Part shown: positions 1 to 8,633 of the stretch, in pieces | How the letters are laid out: every line of letters begins with the position of its first letter | How positions within the stretch are numbered: the stretch's first letter is position 1 | Source: Terriglobia bacterium | GTDB taxonomy: Bacteria > Acidobacteriota > Terriglobia > Bryobacterales > UBA6623 | Reading direction: 5' to 3' | DNA length: 64,000 nt | Assembly (NCBI GenBank): GCA_009841225.1 | Contig: VXMF01000002.1 | Span: forward strand, 65,426-129,425 | The notes under the pieces: model-generated | The model's database searches: none | Told to the model about the DNA's origin: nothing | Seen by the model: only the letters and a program-made list of their open reading frames with translations | Made by a program: the position numbers and the translations under genes

Positions 1-455
1 GCGCTGATGAAGATGTCGTCGTACCCGTCGTTGTCGTAATCCCCGATGGTGACGGCCGAAGCCCAAGTCTCGCGCAGCAGGCCGGCCTCTTCGGTCACGT
101 CGGTGAAGGTCCCATCGCGGTTGTTGTGGTACAGCCGGCTGCTGGTGCCCTCCGGCGCTCCAGCCACCCGCGAACCGCTCAGCACGAGCAGGTCCATCCA
201 TCCATCGTTGTCGTAGTCCAAGAACGCGCAGCCACAACCGACGGTCTCCACGATGTAGTCCTTATGATCCACCGGGCCGTAGATTGTCGGATGCCGCAAC
301 CCAGCCCGCTGGGCCACGTCAGTGAAGCTGGCGTTGAACGGACGGCCAGAGGCCGCACCCGCGCGCTGCGGGCGTACATTTCGGGTAGCTACACCTTGCC
401 CGAGCGCGCACGCGGGCCCGAGCATGGCGAGCAGTTCTCTACGGGACAGATGCAA
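1..455 (-). CDS. CRTAC1 / ASPIC-UnbV family FG-GAP repeat protein (3' end cut by window edge)
   Basis: Manual minus-strand translation; it is absent from the ORF track because it runs off the window. It reads ..HLSRRELLAMLGPACALGQG..FNASFTDVAQRAGL..GCGCAFLDYDNDGWMDLLVLSG..RLYHNNRDGTFTDVTEEAGLL..TIGDYDNDGYDDIFIS. That is a Tat-like leader followed by repeated DxDNDG FG-GAP motifs. An in-frame stop lies at 495-497. The start is TTG 455 or ATG 425, uncertain. Confidence 0.8.
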   Translation of the reverse strand, partial: MHLSRRELLAMLGPACALGQGVATRNVRPQRAGAASGRPFNASFTDVAQRAGLRHPTIYGPVDHKDYIVETVGCGCAFLDYDNDGWMDLLVLSGSRVAGAPEGTSSRLYHNNRDGTFTDVTEEAGLLRETWASAVTIGDYDNDGYDDIFIS

Positions 456-528
456 CTGGCAAGTCCTGTCGGCTTCCGAGCAACGACCCTTCAATCACAG
501 TGCTGCGCACCCGCATTAGGGCTATCCG

Positions 529-3500
529 TCAGAACTGCAGCCGCAATCCGATCTGTGCCGAGCGCGGACCGATCGAGTTAGTAACTCGGCCAAAGAGGCC
601 GCTGGTCATGTTGTTTACGACACGATCCAGATTGGTGCGGTTGATGACATTGAAGATCTCACCGCGCAGCTGGACGATCGTGTCCTCTGAGGCACCCGGG
701 ACCTTGATTTCGCGCGAGATCAATAGGCTCATATTGAACAATCCAGGATGCGAGAAGGTGTTCCGGCCAAGGTTGCCCTGCTGGCCGTCTGTCGGCACGG
801 GAAAGTCGGATGCCTGGAAGATCCCCGAGAGATAGTCACTCTTGGATAAGCCGCTGAGCGAGTTGCCGAAGGACGGAGTGTTCGGCAGGTCGCTGTTCAG
901 GCCGTCCGCATTGAAGTCCCCCGCCGGATAGGGGGCTGAGGTGAGCACCGTAAAGGGCAGGCCGGATTGGACCACCCCGACCGTGCCGAAACGCCAGCCG
1001 TTGATCAAAGCACGCAAGCCTGGGGCGAGTCGGCCCTGAGCGACGCGCACTTCCCACATGGCGTCGAAGGTCAGGCGCTGGCGGACGTCGAAATCGGCGC
1101 GCCCGCGCTGGGCGCGTAGATTCCAGACATCGAATACGGGCGTCGCCGGAACCGAGGCTTGCGGCAGGCCACTCGTGCTGAAGTGGTCCAAGACTTTCGC
1201 GTAGGTGTAGACGCCGCGGAGGGACATGCCGTTCGTATGGCGCTTGTGAAACATCAGAGAAAGCAGGTGCGCGCTTGAATTGGCACCGGTCCAGCGTCTC
1301 TGCACCGCACCGAAGAACGGATTCAAGCGGTCTAGGCGCCCGTCCGAAAGGTCCCCTGCGAACCGATTGATGTCACTGTGGACGGTCAGGTTGTGGTCAG
1401 CCGAGCCGGTGTAGTTCACTTCCGCCATCGAATCGGGCCCAAGCCGTTTCTGGAGGCTAAGCATCCAGCTGTGGGCGGTAGGAATCTTCATCTGCTGATC
1501 GACGCTAAGGATGCTCGAGCGCAACCCTCGCACGCCCCCTCGCTCGTTCAACTCGTACGTAACGTCAGGCTTGGGCCAGATGTCCGGCGCCGCGTCTTGG
1601 GCGAGCGCGTCCAATTCACCCCAGTTGCCGAGGCCGTAGGTCAGCGTGTCGCCTTGCAGCACGCTGAGGCTTGGAGTGGCTGTCGCCGGCGGGCCGAGCA
1701 GATTGAGCGTAGAGAACCAGTTCTGGGCTATCCGGTCGCGGTACATTCCGTACCCACCTCGAATTGAAAGCGAGCCGTTACTAAAGACGTCCCACGCGAA
1801 GCCGATCCTTGGGCTGATCATCCACGGGAGGCGGTCGGTGGCGGTCTGCCGACACTCGGCATAGCCATCAGCGATCCGCTCCATGGCGTTCGACCCTTGT
1901 CCGGGGAACATGTAGCAGCCTTGGTCCGATGCCTCGGTATAGCGGATGCCCTCACCGTAGTTATCAAAGCGAATTCCAAGGTTGAGCGAGAATCCAGGCC
2001 GGACCCGCCAGTTGTCCTGCACGAACATGCCGATGAACGACGTGTGATAGCTGAGGAACGCGCCGCCTACCTCGCCGGTCCCGATGTTGACCGCAGGCCC
2101 GAACTGCGAGGTCGGCATGTCCTGTGCGAAGTCCAGCAGGTTGGCGAAGCTGAAGGTCGGGCGTGTCAGCGTCTTGCGCCAAGGCACAGTGTCGTCGGGG
2201 CGCACGTACTCTCCGCCGAACTGCACTGTGTGCTTGCCCTTGTTCAGTGTGGCCATGTCGCGCCATTCCCAAGTGGGCGTGGTCCAGCCCCCGGGCCCCC
2301 AAGCGCCGAATCCCTGCGTCCCCGAGATACCGATGTTCGGCACATCGACCGCTCCGTCACCGAGTGGTGCTTGCTGCTCTCCGGTCTGGCGCGAATACCG
2401 ATAGCCCATGCTGTTCATGAACGTTGGGGAGAAGACGTGATTCCAGTCGAACTTGGTCCAATTGTTCAGCACCGGCGACCAGCGGGTGTAGGAAGGCCGG
2501 ATGAGATTGGCAAACTGCCTGCGGCCGTCTGATTTGTAGTAGTAGCCGAAGAGGCGGTCCTTGGCGCCAAAGTGATGGTCGACTCGAACTTGGAACTGTT
2601 GGCCCTGGCGGGGCACGGAAGCGTTCGCGGTGGCAGTGCCGACGGCCGAGAGCGAATCCGGAATCATCGAAAGGTCGTCGAATTGGCCCGGATTGCGCTG
2701 CTTCAATTCGCCCACGGTGATGATGTCGCTGGTGGGATCGATAGCGGGGGAGAGCTGGAAGATCCGCGCAGCGATCGATTCAGGGTGATTGCTGGTCACG
2801 TAGTTGCGGAACTCGGGGGTCTCGGCAACCCCGACCCTGGTCGTCGCAGTGCTGGCCCTAAGGAAGTCGAACGCACCGAAGACGAATGTCTTGTTGCGCT
2901 TGATTGGGCCACCGGCCGTTGCCCACAGATTCTTCTGCGCGAAGTCCGTGATTTCGCTCTGAGCGATCGTGCGCGCCGTTAGGCTGTTGTTGGTGTACAG
3001 GTAGCCCACGGTGCCGTGTAGTTCGTTGGTACCGGACTTAGTGACCAGTTCCAAGAACGCACCCGAGGACCGACCTTTAACTGCGGAGAAGTTCTGCGCC
3101 TCCACTCGGAATTCCTGCAGCGAATCGGGGATCGGACTGACCATAAATGTCCCGTCGCGGGACGGGACCTCTGCATAGCTGCCATTGAGCATGACGAGGT
3201 TGGCCCCCTGTCGTTGGCCCGACGCATTGATCCTCAGCCCCATCTCACCTTGGTAGTTGTCGACGAAGGCACCGTTCGTGCCGCTGGTCTCGCCCGTTCC
3301 GGTAACGCCCGGCACCAGAGTCGACAACTGCCAGATGGTGTTGCGCGGCAGCGGCTGGTTCTTCAGCGATTCCTCGTCGATATAGTTCGTGTTGTCGACT
3401 TCGGTGGTGTTGACGGCGCTGGTGTCGGCTTCGATCGTAATCGAGGTCGTCACCTCTCCGACCTCCATCGCTGGGTAGAGTGTTCTGGTTTCGTCACTGC

Positions 3501-3783
3501 GCACGAGAAGACCGGTCGTGGACCAGCTGGTGAAGCCAGGCGAGGATACGCCGACCGCATACGAACCTGCCGGCAGTTCACTGATGCGAAAGAAGCCAGT
3601 CTCGTTCGATGTGATCGCGCGCTCCAAGCCGAGGTTCTCGTCTGTCACCACGACTTCCGCTCCGGGAATGACGGCACCTGTGGCGTCTTTGACGAACCCC
3701 TCGACCGCGCCGCTGAATTGCGCATTCGCGACGGCAGCAGAAAAGATCGCCAAGGCGGCTAGAGTCGTTGAGATGCGAGACAT
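529..3783 (-). CDS. TonB-dependent outer-membrane receptor with N-terminal carboxypeptidase-regulatory-like domain
   Basis: 1084 aa ORF. Signal peptide MSRISTTLAALAIFSAAVANA. The segment GAVEGFVKDATGAVIPGAEVVVTDENLGLERAITSNETGFFRISELPAGSYAV is the typical CarboxypepD_reg fold. A long beta-barrel body ends in an aromatic residue (..IGLRLQF). Confidence 0.9.
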   Translation of the reverse strand: MSRISTTLAALAIFSAAVANAQFSGAVEGFVKDATGAVIPGAEVVVTDENLGLERAITSNETGFFRISELPAGSYAVGVSSPGFTSWSTTGLLVRSDETRTLYPAMEVGEVTTSITIEADTSAVNTTEVDNTNYIDEESLKNQPLPRNTIWQLSTLVPGVTGTGETSGTNGAFVDNYQGEMGLRINASGQRQGANLVMLNGSYAEVPSRDGTFMVSPIPDSLQEFRVEAQNFSAVKGRSSGAFLELVTKSGTNELHGTVGYLYTNNSLTARTIAQSEITDFAQKNLWATAGGPIKRNKTFVFGAFDFLRASTATTRVGVAETPEFRNYVTSNHPESIAARIFQLSPAIDPTSDIITVGELKQRNPGQFDDLSMIPDSLSAVGTATANASVPRQGQQFQVRVDHHFGAKDRLFGYYYKSDGRRQFANLIRPSYTRWSPVLNNWTKFDWNHVFSPTFMNSMGYRYSRQTGEQQAPLGDGAVDVPNIGISGTQGFGAWGPGGWTTPTWEWRDMATLNKGKHTVQFGGEYVRPDDTVPWRKTLTRPTFSFANLLDFAQDMPTSQFGPAVNIGTGEVGGAFLSYHTSFIGMFVQDNWRVRPGFSLNLGIRFDNYGEGIRYTEASDQGCYMFPGQGSNAMERIADGYAECRQTATDRLPWMISPRIGFAWDVFSNGSLSIRGGYGMYRDRIAQNWFSTLNLLGPPATATPSLSVLQGDTLTYGLGNWGELDALAQDAAPDIWPKPDVTYELNERGGVRGLRSSILSVDQQMKIPTAHSWMLSLQKRLGPDSMAEVNYTGSADHNLTVHSDINRFAGDLSDGRLDRLNPFFGAVQRRWTGANSSAHLLSLMFHKRHTNGMSLRGVYTYAKVLDHFSTSGLPQASVPATPVFDVWNLRAQRGRADFDVRQRLTFDAMWEVRVAQGRLAPGLRALINGWRFGTVGVVQSGLPFTVLTSAPYPAGDFNADGLNSDLPNTPSFGNSLSGLSKSDYLSGIFQASDFPVPTDGQQGNLGRNTFSHPGLFNMSLLISREIKVPGASEDTIVQLRGEIFNVINRTNLDRVVNNMTSGLFGRVTNSIGPRSAQIGLRLQF

Positions 3784-4348
3784 TTCCCCCTCCTTGCTCG
3801 ATGCGTCGTGGCCGGAGCGAGCGGCGCGCCCCGATTATAGACGAGCGATTCCAAGATGGGCGGTAGAATTCTCGAAAGCTCGCGAACGCGTGTTGTGCGG
3901 CAGAAATCCGCAGTGACGGTGGTCTGAGACGGTCGCCCGCAAGCGCTCCAGGGTTCAAGCAATCTTCGGAGACCTGATGCGATCTGAAAGCGGACGGGTT
4001 CCGAGCTTTGCGGGGAAAGCTCTCATACCTCAGGCCGCAGATTCCAAGCGTGGCCGTCTTACGACCGTGACCCGAGTGAAGTGGTACGCGAGCGGCTGAT
4101 GCTTCAGATCTTGGAACGACTACTGGGCCTAGGCTTGGTATTCAAAGAGGAAGCGCGCGCCCATTCGCGCGGGGATGAGACTTTCCCTTAACGGTTTCGG
4201 GCTTGCACTTTTTCAGCCGTGAGCGTTTGAAACTGCTGGTCAGGACTAGCGTCGGCTGGCAAGGAGATATCTTGCGGGACTGCTCGAGAACGAACCAGCT
4301 CTGTCACCTATACTTGGCAACAGGTCCTACAGGATTGCAACTCGTGCC

Positions 4349-4579
4349 GTGGAACGCATTGTCAGGCTCCACATTGAAAAGCTGCCTGAGGGCTTCTACC
4401 TCGCAACTTCCGAGCAAGTCCAAGGACTAGTGGCTCAGGGCCGCACCGTGGTGGAGACTCTCGAGATCGCTCGAGACGTAGCACGGAAACTACTCGAAGC
4501 GCGGGCGGAGCGCGAGCAACTCGAAATGCTCGAAAACATTGACGATTCTTTGGACTACCCACTTGTCGTTGGAATCTAG
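4349..4579 (+). CDS. hicB: HicB-like antitoxin (type II toxin-antitoxin)
   Basis: 76 aa: RLHIEKLPEGFYLATSEQVQGLVAQGRTVVETLEIARDVARKLLE resembles the HicB/UPF0150 N-terminal fold. Its TAG stop (4577-4579) overlaps the GTG of the downstream HicA-like frame by 1 nt. Confidence 0.7.
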   Translation: MERIVRLHIEKLPEGFYLATSEQVQGLVAQGRTVVETLEIARDVARKLLEARAEREQLEMLENIDDSLDYPLVVGI

Positions 4580-4803
4580 TGGGACGACTCGCTGGTTTCA
4601 GCTAGCGGAGTGTCACTCGCAAGCTTCGGACCATCGGCTTTCGCTTCGATCGGCAAGCTGCGGGGTCTCATGAAATCTGGGTTCACCCGATAACACAACG
4701 ATATACGACGATTCCGAATCATAGCGGAGCCATTCCTGAGGGAACGCTTAGAGCAATCCTGAGACAAGCTGGAGTGCCGGTTGAGCGTTTCCTCTCAATC
4801 TGA
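4579..4803 (+). pseudogene. hicA: hicA toxin gene interrupted by an in-frame TAG
   Basis: Manual translation from GTG 4579 gives GRLAGFS*RSVTRKLRTIGFRFDRQAAGSHEIWVHPITQRYTTIPNHSGAIPEGTLRAILRQAGVPVERFLSI*. This is full-length HicA/YcfA-like similarity. There is a stop at 4603-4605 (codon 9) and no plausible start downstream of it. Confidence 0.7.
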
Positions 4804-4940
4804 AGCCCCGCGGGAGTCGGTTTGGGCCCGTCATGTCGCGCGGGGGATCGCTGCATCACTGCCTTTGCCTCTGCTATGTCGGCGACACACGCCGTTCTGC
4901 GACGTGCGCGCAAAGCAGAGCTAGGCACAGTTCTGGGTGG

Positions 4941-5519
4941 ATGTATCGTAGAGGGATGCCGCAGTGGATCGGCAGCGTAGCGACGGCGGCGGCCACCCTG
5001 GTCGCGATTGCAGCGCTGATCGTGAGCATCTGGGCGGCCAAGCGTGCTGCCCGGAAGCGGGAGTTCGAAATCCTGTTGGAACGGAGCGATCAGGAGACCA
5101 CCAAGCGCGAAGCCGAGACCCGGGTACTCATGGAACGGATCGACCGCGAGGCCGCCAAGCGCGAAGCCGAGACGCGGGCACTCGAGGAACGGATCGACCG
5201 CGAGGCCGCCAAGCGCGAAGCCGAGACGCGGGCACTCATGGAACGGATTGACCGGGAGGCCGCCAAGCGCGAGCAGAAGTTCGAGAGGGAAGCCGCCAAG
5301 CGCGAGGAAGGAATTCGGGGTCTGATGGACCGCAGCGACAGGAAGTTCGAGGCCCTCCAGAGGCGGAGCGACGAGCTGTACCGGCAGTCGGCGGAGGTAT
5401 CCGCGAAAATGGCGCACAACGAGGCCGTCCTAGGAACAGCTGCGCAGTCGACCACTGAGTCGGGTGAGACCGAGGCGGTAGCCGCGCAGGATGTTTCGAC
5501 CGGTCGGCGTCGCGAGTGA
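4941..5519 (+). CDS. Membrane-anchored coiled-coil protein with 18-aa tandem repeats (hypothetical)
   Basis: The ORF is 4833-5519; the likely start is ATG 4941 or 4956, just before the TM helix WIGSVATAAATLVAIAALIVSIWAA. It then carries 3+ copies of KREAETRAL(M/E)ERIDREAA. GC-rich third positions favour this strand over the antisense ORF 4719-5417. Confidence 0.5.
   Translation: MYRRGMPQWIGSVATAAATLVAIAALIVSIWAAKRAARKREFEILLERSDQETTKREAETRVLMERIDREAAKREAETRALEERIDREAAKREAETRALMERIDREAAKREQKFEREAAKREEGIRGLMDRSDRKFEALQRRSDELYRQSAEVSAKMAHNEAVLGTAAQSTTESGETEAVAAQDVSTGRRRE
5101..5273 (+). repeat. 54-bp tandem repeat, about 3.2 copies (5101-5154, 5155-5208, 5209-5262, partial 4th)
   Basis: Direct reading: the unit ccaagcgcgaagccgagac(c/g)cggg(t/c)actc(at/ga)ggaacggat(c/t)gacc(gc/gg)gaggccg is repeated head to tail, in frame with the CDS. 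Confidence 0.9.
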
Positions 5520-5699
5520 GGGTCGCCGCACAAGACGCGACTGTCGAGCGCGGCAACCGCATGCGAGCCGCGCTGGTCGGATGACTACGGGCATGCTGGC
5601 AGGTTAGCCCGGCCGCAGTGAATTGGGTCTGACCGGGGACTGCGGGCCAGTCGCCCCGCCTAGAGCAGCCTGTGGCCCGGTTCGTATAGCTCTAATCGA

Positions 5700-5840
5700 C
5701 GGACAGCGGAACCAAGTGCGCTGCCATCGCTTTGCGGCCTCGTGGCTCCGACTATAGCGATCCGATAACACGAAATCACGGACTTAGCTGGAACCGTTAG
5801 AGCAATCCGGCATCAAACTCGCAGACATCGTCTTTCATCG
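5700..5840 (+). pseudogene. Degenerate second hicA-like fragment
   Basis: Nucleotide and peptide echoes of 4640-4770: tccgataacac / ccgataacac, and aaccgttagagcaatcc / aacgcttagagcaatcc. Translations give ..PRGSDYSDPITRNHGLS.. and, after a frameshift, ..GTVRAIRHQ.. (compare GSHEIWVHPIT..NHSGA..GTLRAILRQ). There are stops and a deletion. Confidence 0.3.
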
Positions 5841-6037
5841 CCTCGACCGTGTCGGAGCATCGAAAGTGCCCCGTCGATGGACGGAGGCAATTTCGATTTA
5901 GCAGGTCATCGTCGTAGAGACCTGAAGGGCTTGGGAAATCACCGATGGAGAAGTAGCGATCGATCCAATAGCCTGACTACGGAACTCACGTCCTATGTCA
6001 TGCCGTAGCTCGACCGCACGCTCGCACCGAGTGCGGC

Positions 6038-6922
6038 CTAGCGCAGGTTCTTCGCGAAGAAGTCCAGCGAGCGCTGCCACGCCAACTTGGCGGCGTCCTC
6101 ATCGAAACGCGGCGTCGTGTCGTTGTGAAAGCCGTGGTTCGCGCCTGCGTACATGTGCGCTTCGTAGGTCTTGCCGTTGGCCTTCAACGCACTCTCAAAG
6201 TCAGGCCAACCTTGGTTGATCCGGCGGTCGAGCTCGCCGTAGTGCAGCATGAGCGGCGCAGCGATCTTCGAGACAGCATCGGAAGGCGGTTGCCGACCGT
6301 AGAACGACACGCCGGCGGCAAGATTGGGGTTGCGAACGGCGATGGCGTTCACCACGAATCCACCGAAGCAAAAGCCGACGATGCCCACCTTGCCGGTGCA
6401 ATCGGCATGTCCCTGCAAGTGCTCTACAGCTGCGGCGAAATCCTCGACCAACTTGTCGCGGTCCAACTCTGCCTGCAACCTGCGCCCGTCATCGTCATTG
6501 CCCGGGTAGCCACCCTTCGGCGTGAGGCCGTCGGGAGCAAGGGCGAGAAATCCAGCGGCCCCCAAGCGGCGGGCGACATCTTCGATATAGGGATTCAATC
6601 CGCGGTTTTCGTGGACAACCACCACTCCCGGGAGTTTGCCCTGCGCTGTGCTCGGGCGCACCTGGTAGGCCCGGATTGATCCGTGCCCGCGCGGAGAGTC
6701 GTAGTCCACACGGTCCGTCCGGATGCTGGCGTCGTCCTCCGACACTTGCTGCGCCAAGGCGTAGTTCGGACTCAGGCTGGCCAAGACCGCGGCCGCGCTG
6801 GTGCCGGCTGTGAACGGGCCTGCCTTGTCAATAAAGGCGCGGCGACTGATGCCGCCATGCACGTAGGCGTCGAACAGACGCAAGACCTCGGGGTGGAAGT
6901 CGCTTGCTTTTTGTCGCTGCAT
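6038..6922 (-). CDS. Dienelactone hydrolase family protein, Tat-exported
   Basis: 294 aa. Tat motif GISRRAFIDKAG. The DLH-type core is VVVVHENRGLNPYIEDVARRLGAAGFLALAPD and GIVGFCFGG (nucleophile elbow with Cys), with HGF near the C-terminus. Confidence 0.9.
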   Translation of the reverse strand: MQRQKASDFHPEVLRLFDAYVHGGISRRAFIDKAGPFTAGTSAAAVLASLSPNYALAQQVSEDDASIRTDRVDYDSPRGHGSIRAYQVRPSTAQGKLPGVVVVHENRGLNPYIEDVARRLGAAGFLALAPDGLTPKGGYPGNDDDGRRLQAELDRDKLVEDFAAAVEHLQGHADCTGKVGIVGFCFGGFVVNAIAVRNPNLAAGVSFYGRQPPSDAVSKIAAPLMLHYGELDRRINQGWPDFESALKANGKTYEAHMYAGANHGFHNDTTPRFDEDAAKLAWQRSLDFFAKNLR

Positions 6923-6968
6923 GGGTGCTCTCCTTAAGTGAGCTAAGGCGCGGTGCCGGCCGTCGCAG

Positions 6969-8558
6969 TTACGTTCGGCGCCTTGGGTTGAAGTCTTCCT
7001 TGGCGTGGAACTGCCCCTTCGTGATTTCGGTTCCCGACTCGAGGTAGCTGTCGATCTTGGCCCCGAGTTCTGCCACGACGTCGGGGTGTTGATCCGCCAC
7101 GTTGGTCAGCTCGTCCGGATCGTCGGCCCGGTTGTAGAGCTGGGAGTCATAGTCATAGCCGAGCCTGCCGCGGTCGACGACCTTGGAGAACTGCCATTCT
7201 GCTGTACGGATGGCACCGATCCAGCCGTACTCTTGCACCAAGCCGTCGTGCGGGCTTGCCTCGCCGTTGACCAAGCCCCAGAGGTTCTTGCCCGTCGCGC
7301 GCGGCGGCGGATCCAGTTCCAGCAGGCTGAACAGCGTGGGCATCACGTCCGGGTGATGGACGAAGCCGGAGGCGCGCGTTCCAGCCTCCTCCTTGCCGGG
7401 CAGGCGCACCAAGAACGGGTTGTGGGTGACCTGCCTGCGAATGCGCGTCGGGCCCTTGAGGAACTCGCCCTGCTCGCCCAGCAGCGCGCCATGATCGGAG
7501 AAGAACACAACCACCGAGTTATCGAACAGGCCCAACTCCTCCAGGGTGTTCAGGATCTCTCCAATCCAGTAGTCGACGCACATCGATTCGCCGGCATAGT
7601 TGGCCCGCAACCTGTCGATGCCGGATTGAGGCACTTCGATGTTGGAGTACGGAGGTTCCCACCAAGTTGGACCCGTGGCGTCCGGCATGTACTCGTCTAG
7701 GAATCGCTTGGGCGGATCCCACGGCTCGTGCGGGTCGAACGCCTCTAGATGCAGGAAGAACGGGGTCTTGTCGTGATTCCGGCGTAGCCACTCAATGACT
7801 CTCTTGGCGGTGACTTCAATGATGGCCTCGCACTCGGTCTCGTAGCGCTTGCGGTTGGCCAAGAACTGCCGCATGAAGTCCGGACGTCCCGGGTCCAACT
7901 CGAGCCAGCGGTCCCAGTATTCCCTCGGGTAGTGCTCCGGCACGATGTCGTCATCGGACAGCTCCGCCGGGGCCTGCTCGTAGGAGTCGACCTCGTGGCC
8001 CCGAGCCCACTCGTAGTAGCTGTAGCCGCGGTGGAAGTTCTTGCCAGGCCGCTGGAGGTGTGGGATGTCGGCAATGAAGGCCGTGTGGTAGCCGGCCTCA
8101 AGAAGAGTCTCAGAGACTGTTTGGTCCTCGTAGTACAGTTCGTGCCAACCCGGAGTCTGGACCGGCTCGTGCTGATGAAAGTAGTGGTAGGGACAGATCC
8201 GCCGCCCTGTCATCAGCACGCGGCGGATGGGAATCGTCGGCATCCCTTCCGGGTAGCAGTCTTCGAAGACCACACAGTCCTCGGCGAACTTGTCCAAGCG
8301 CGGGCACCTGACCAAGCCGTTGCCCCCGTAGGCCTGGAGGTTGTCCGCGCGGAACGTGTCGGTGTTGAGGAAGATCAGATTCTGGCGGTTGCCCTTGCCC
8401 CGCTGGTCGGGCGGCCGTTCCCAGATGCCACCCGAGAGTCCAGCTTCAGTGGGTGCCGCGCAGCCGCTCAGGCCCGCTGCCGTGCCTGCCGCCGCGGCAG
8501 TGGTTCCTTGGGCCAGGAATCCACGCCGAGAGAGGTTGCCAGTTCTGGATTTCGCCAT
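6969..8558 (-). CDS. Sulfatase-fold (alkaline phosphatase superfamily) protein with a non-canonical active-site motif, Tat-exported
   Basis: 529 aa. Tat leader LSRRGFLAQG. The sulfatase N-domain layout is LIFLNTDTFRADNL..CPRLDKFAEDCVVFEDCYPEGMPTIPIRRVLMTGR. The FGly position reads T-I-P-I-R instead of C/S-x-P-x-R. The later FFSDHG motif is present. Confidence 0.85.
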   Translation of the reverse strand: MAKSRTGNLSRRGFLAQGTTAAAAGTAAGLSGCAAPTEAGLSGGIWERPPDQRGKGNRQNLIFLNTDTFRADNLQAYGGNGLVRCPRLDKFAEDCVVFEDCYPEGMPTIPIRRVLMTGRRICPYHYFHQHEPVQTPGWHELYYEDQTVSETLLEAGYHTAFIADIPHLQRPGKNFHRGYSYYEWARGHEVDSYEQAPAELSDDDIVPEHYPREYWDRWLELDPGRPDFMRQFLANRKRYETECEAIIEVTAKRVIEWLRRNHDKTPFFLHLEAFDPHEPWDPPKRFLDEYMPDATGPTWWEPPYSNIEVPQSGIDRLRANYAGESMCVDYWIGEILNTLEELGLFDNSVVVFFSDHGALLGEQGEFLKGPTRIRRQVTHNPFLVRLPGKEEAGTRASGFVHHPDVMPTLFSLLELDPPPRATGKNLWGLVNGEASPHDGLVQEYGWIGAIRTAEWQFSKVVDRGRLGYDYDSQLYNRADDPDELTNVADQHPDVVAELGAKIDSYLESGTEITKGQFHAKEDFNPRRRT

Positions 8559-8633
8559 TTCTGCGAAAGACTAGCACAACCGCCGATATCGATCAGAAGG
8601 CACCGGACGAACACATGCTGCCGGTCGTCTCGC

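Noticed and set aside
3784-4348. Riboswitch or leader upstream of the TonB-dependent receptor
   Set aside because: No B12-box or other riboswitch core that I can recognise. It is most likely an ordinary promoter region.
4719-5417. 232-aa minus-strand ORF opposite the repeat protein
   Set aside because: It is the mirror image of the tandem-repeat region (repeating GGLAVDPF..). The plus strand has a TM helix, coiled-coil periodicity and GC-rich third positions, so I preferred it. The choice remains uncertain.
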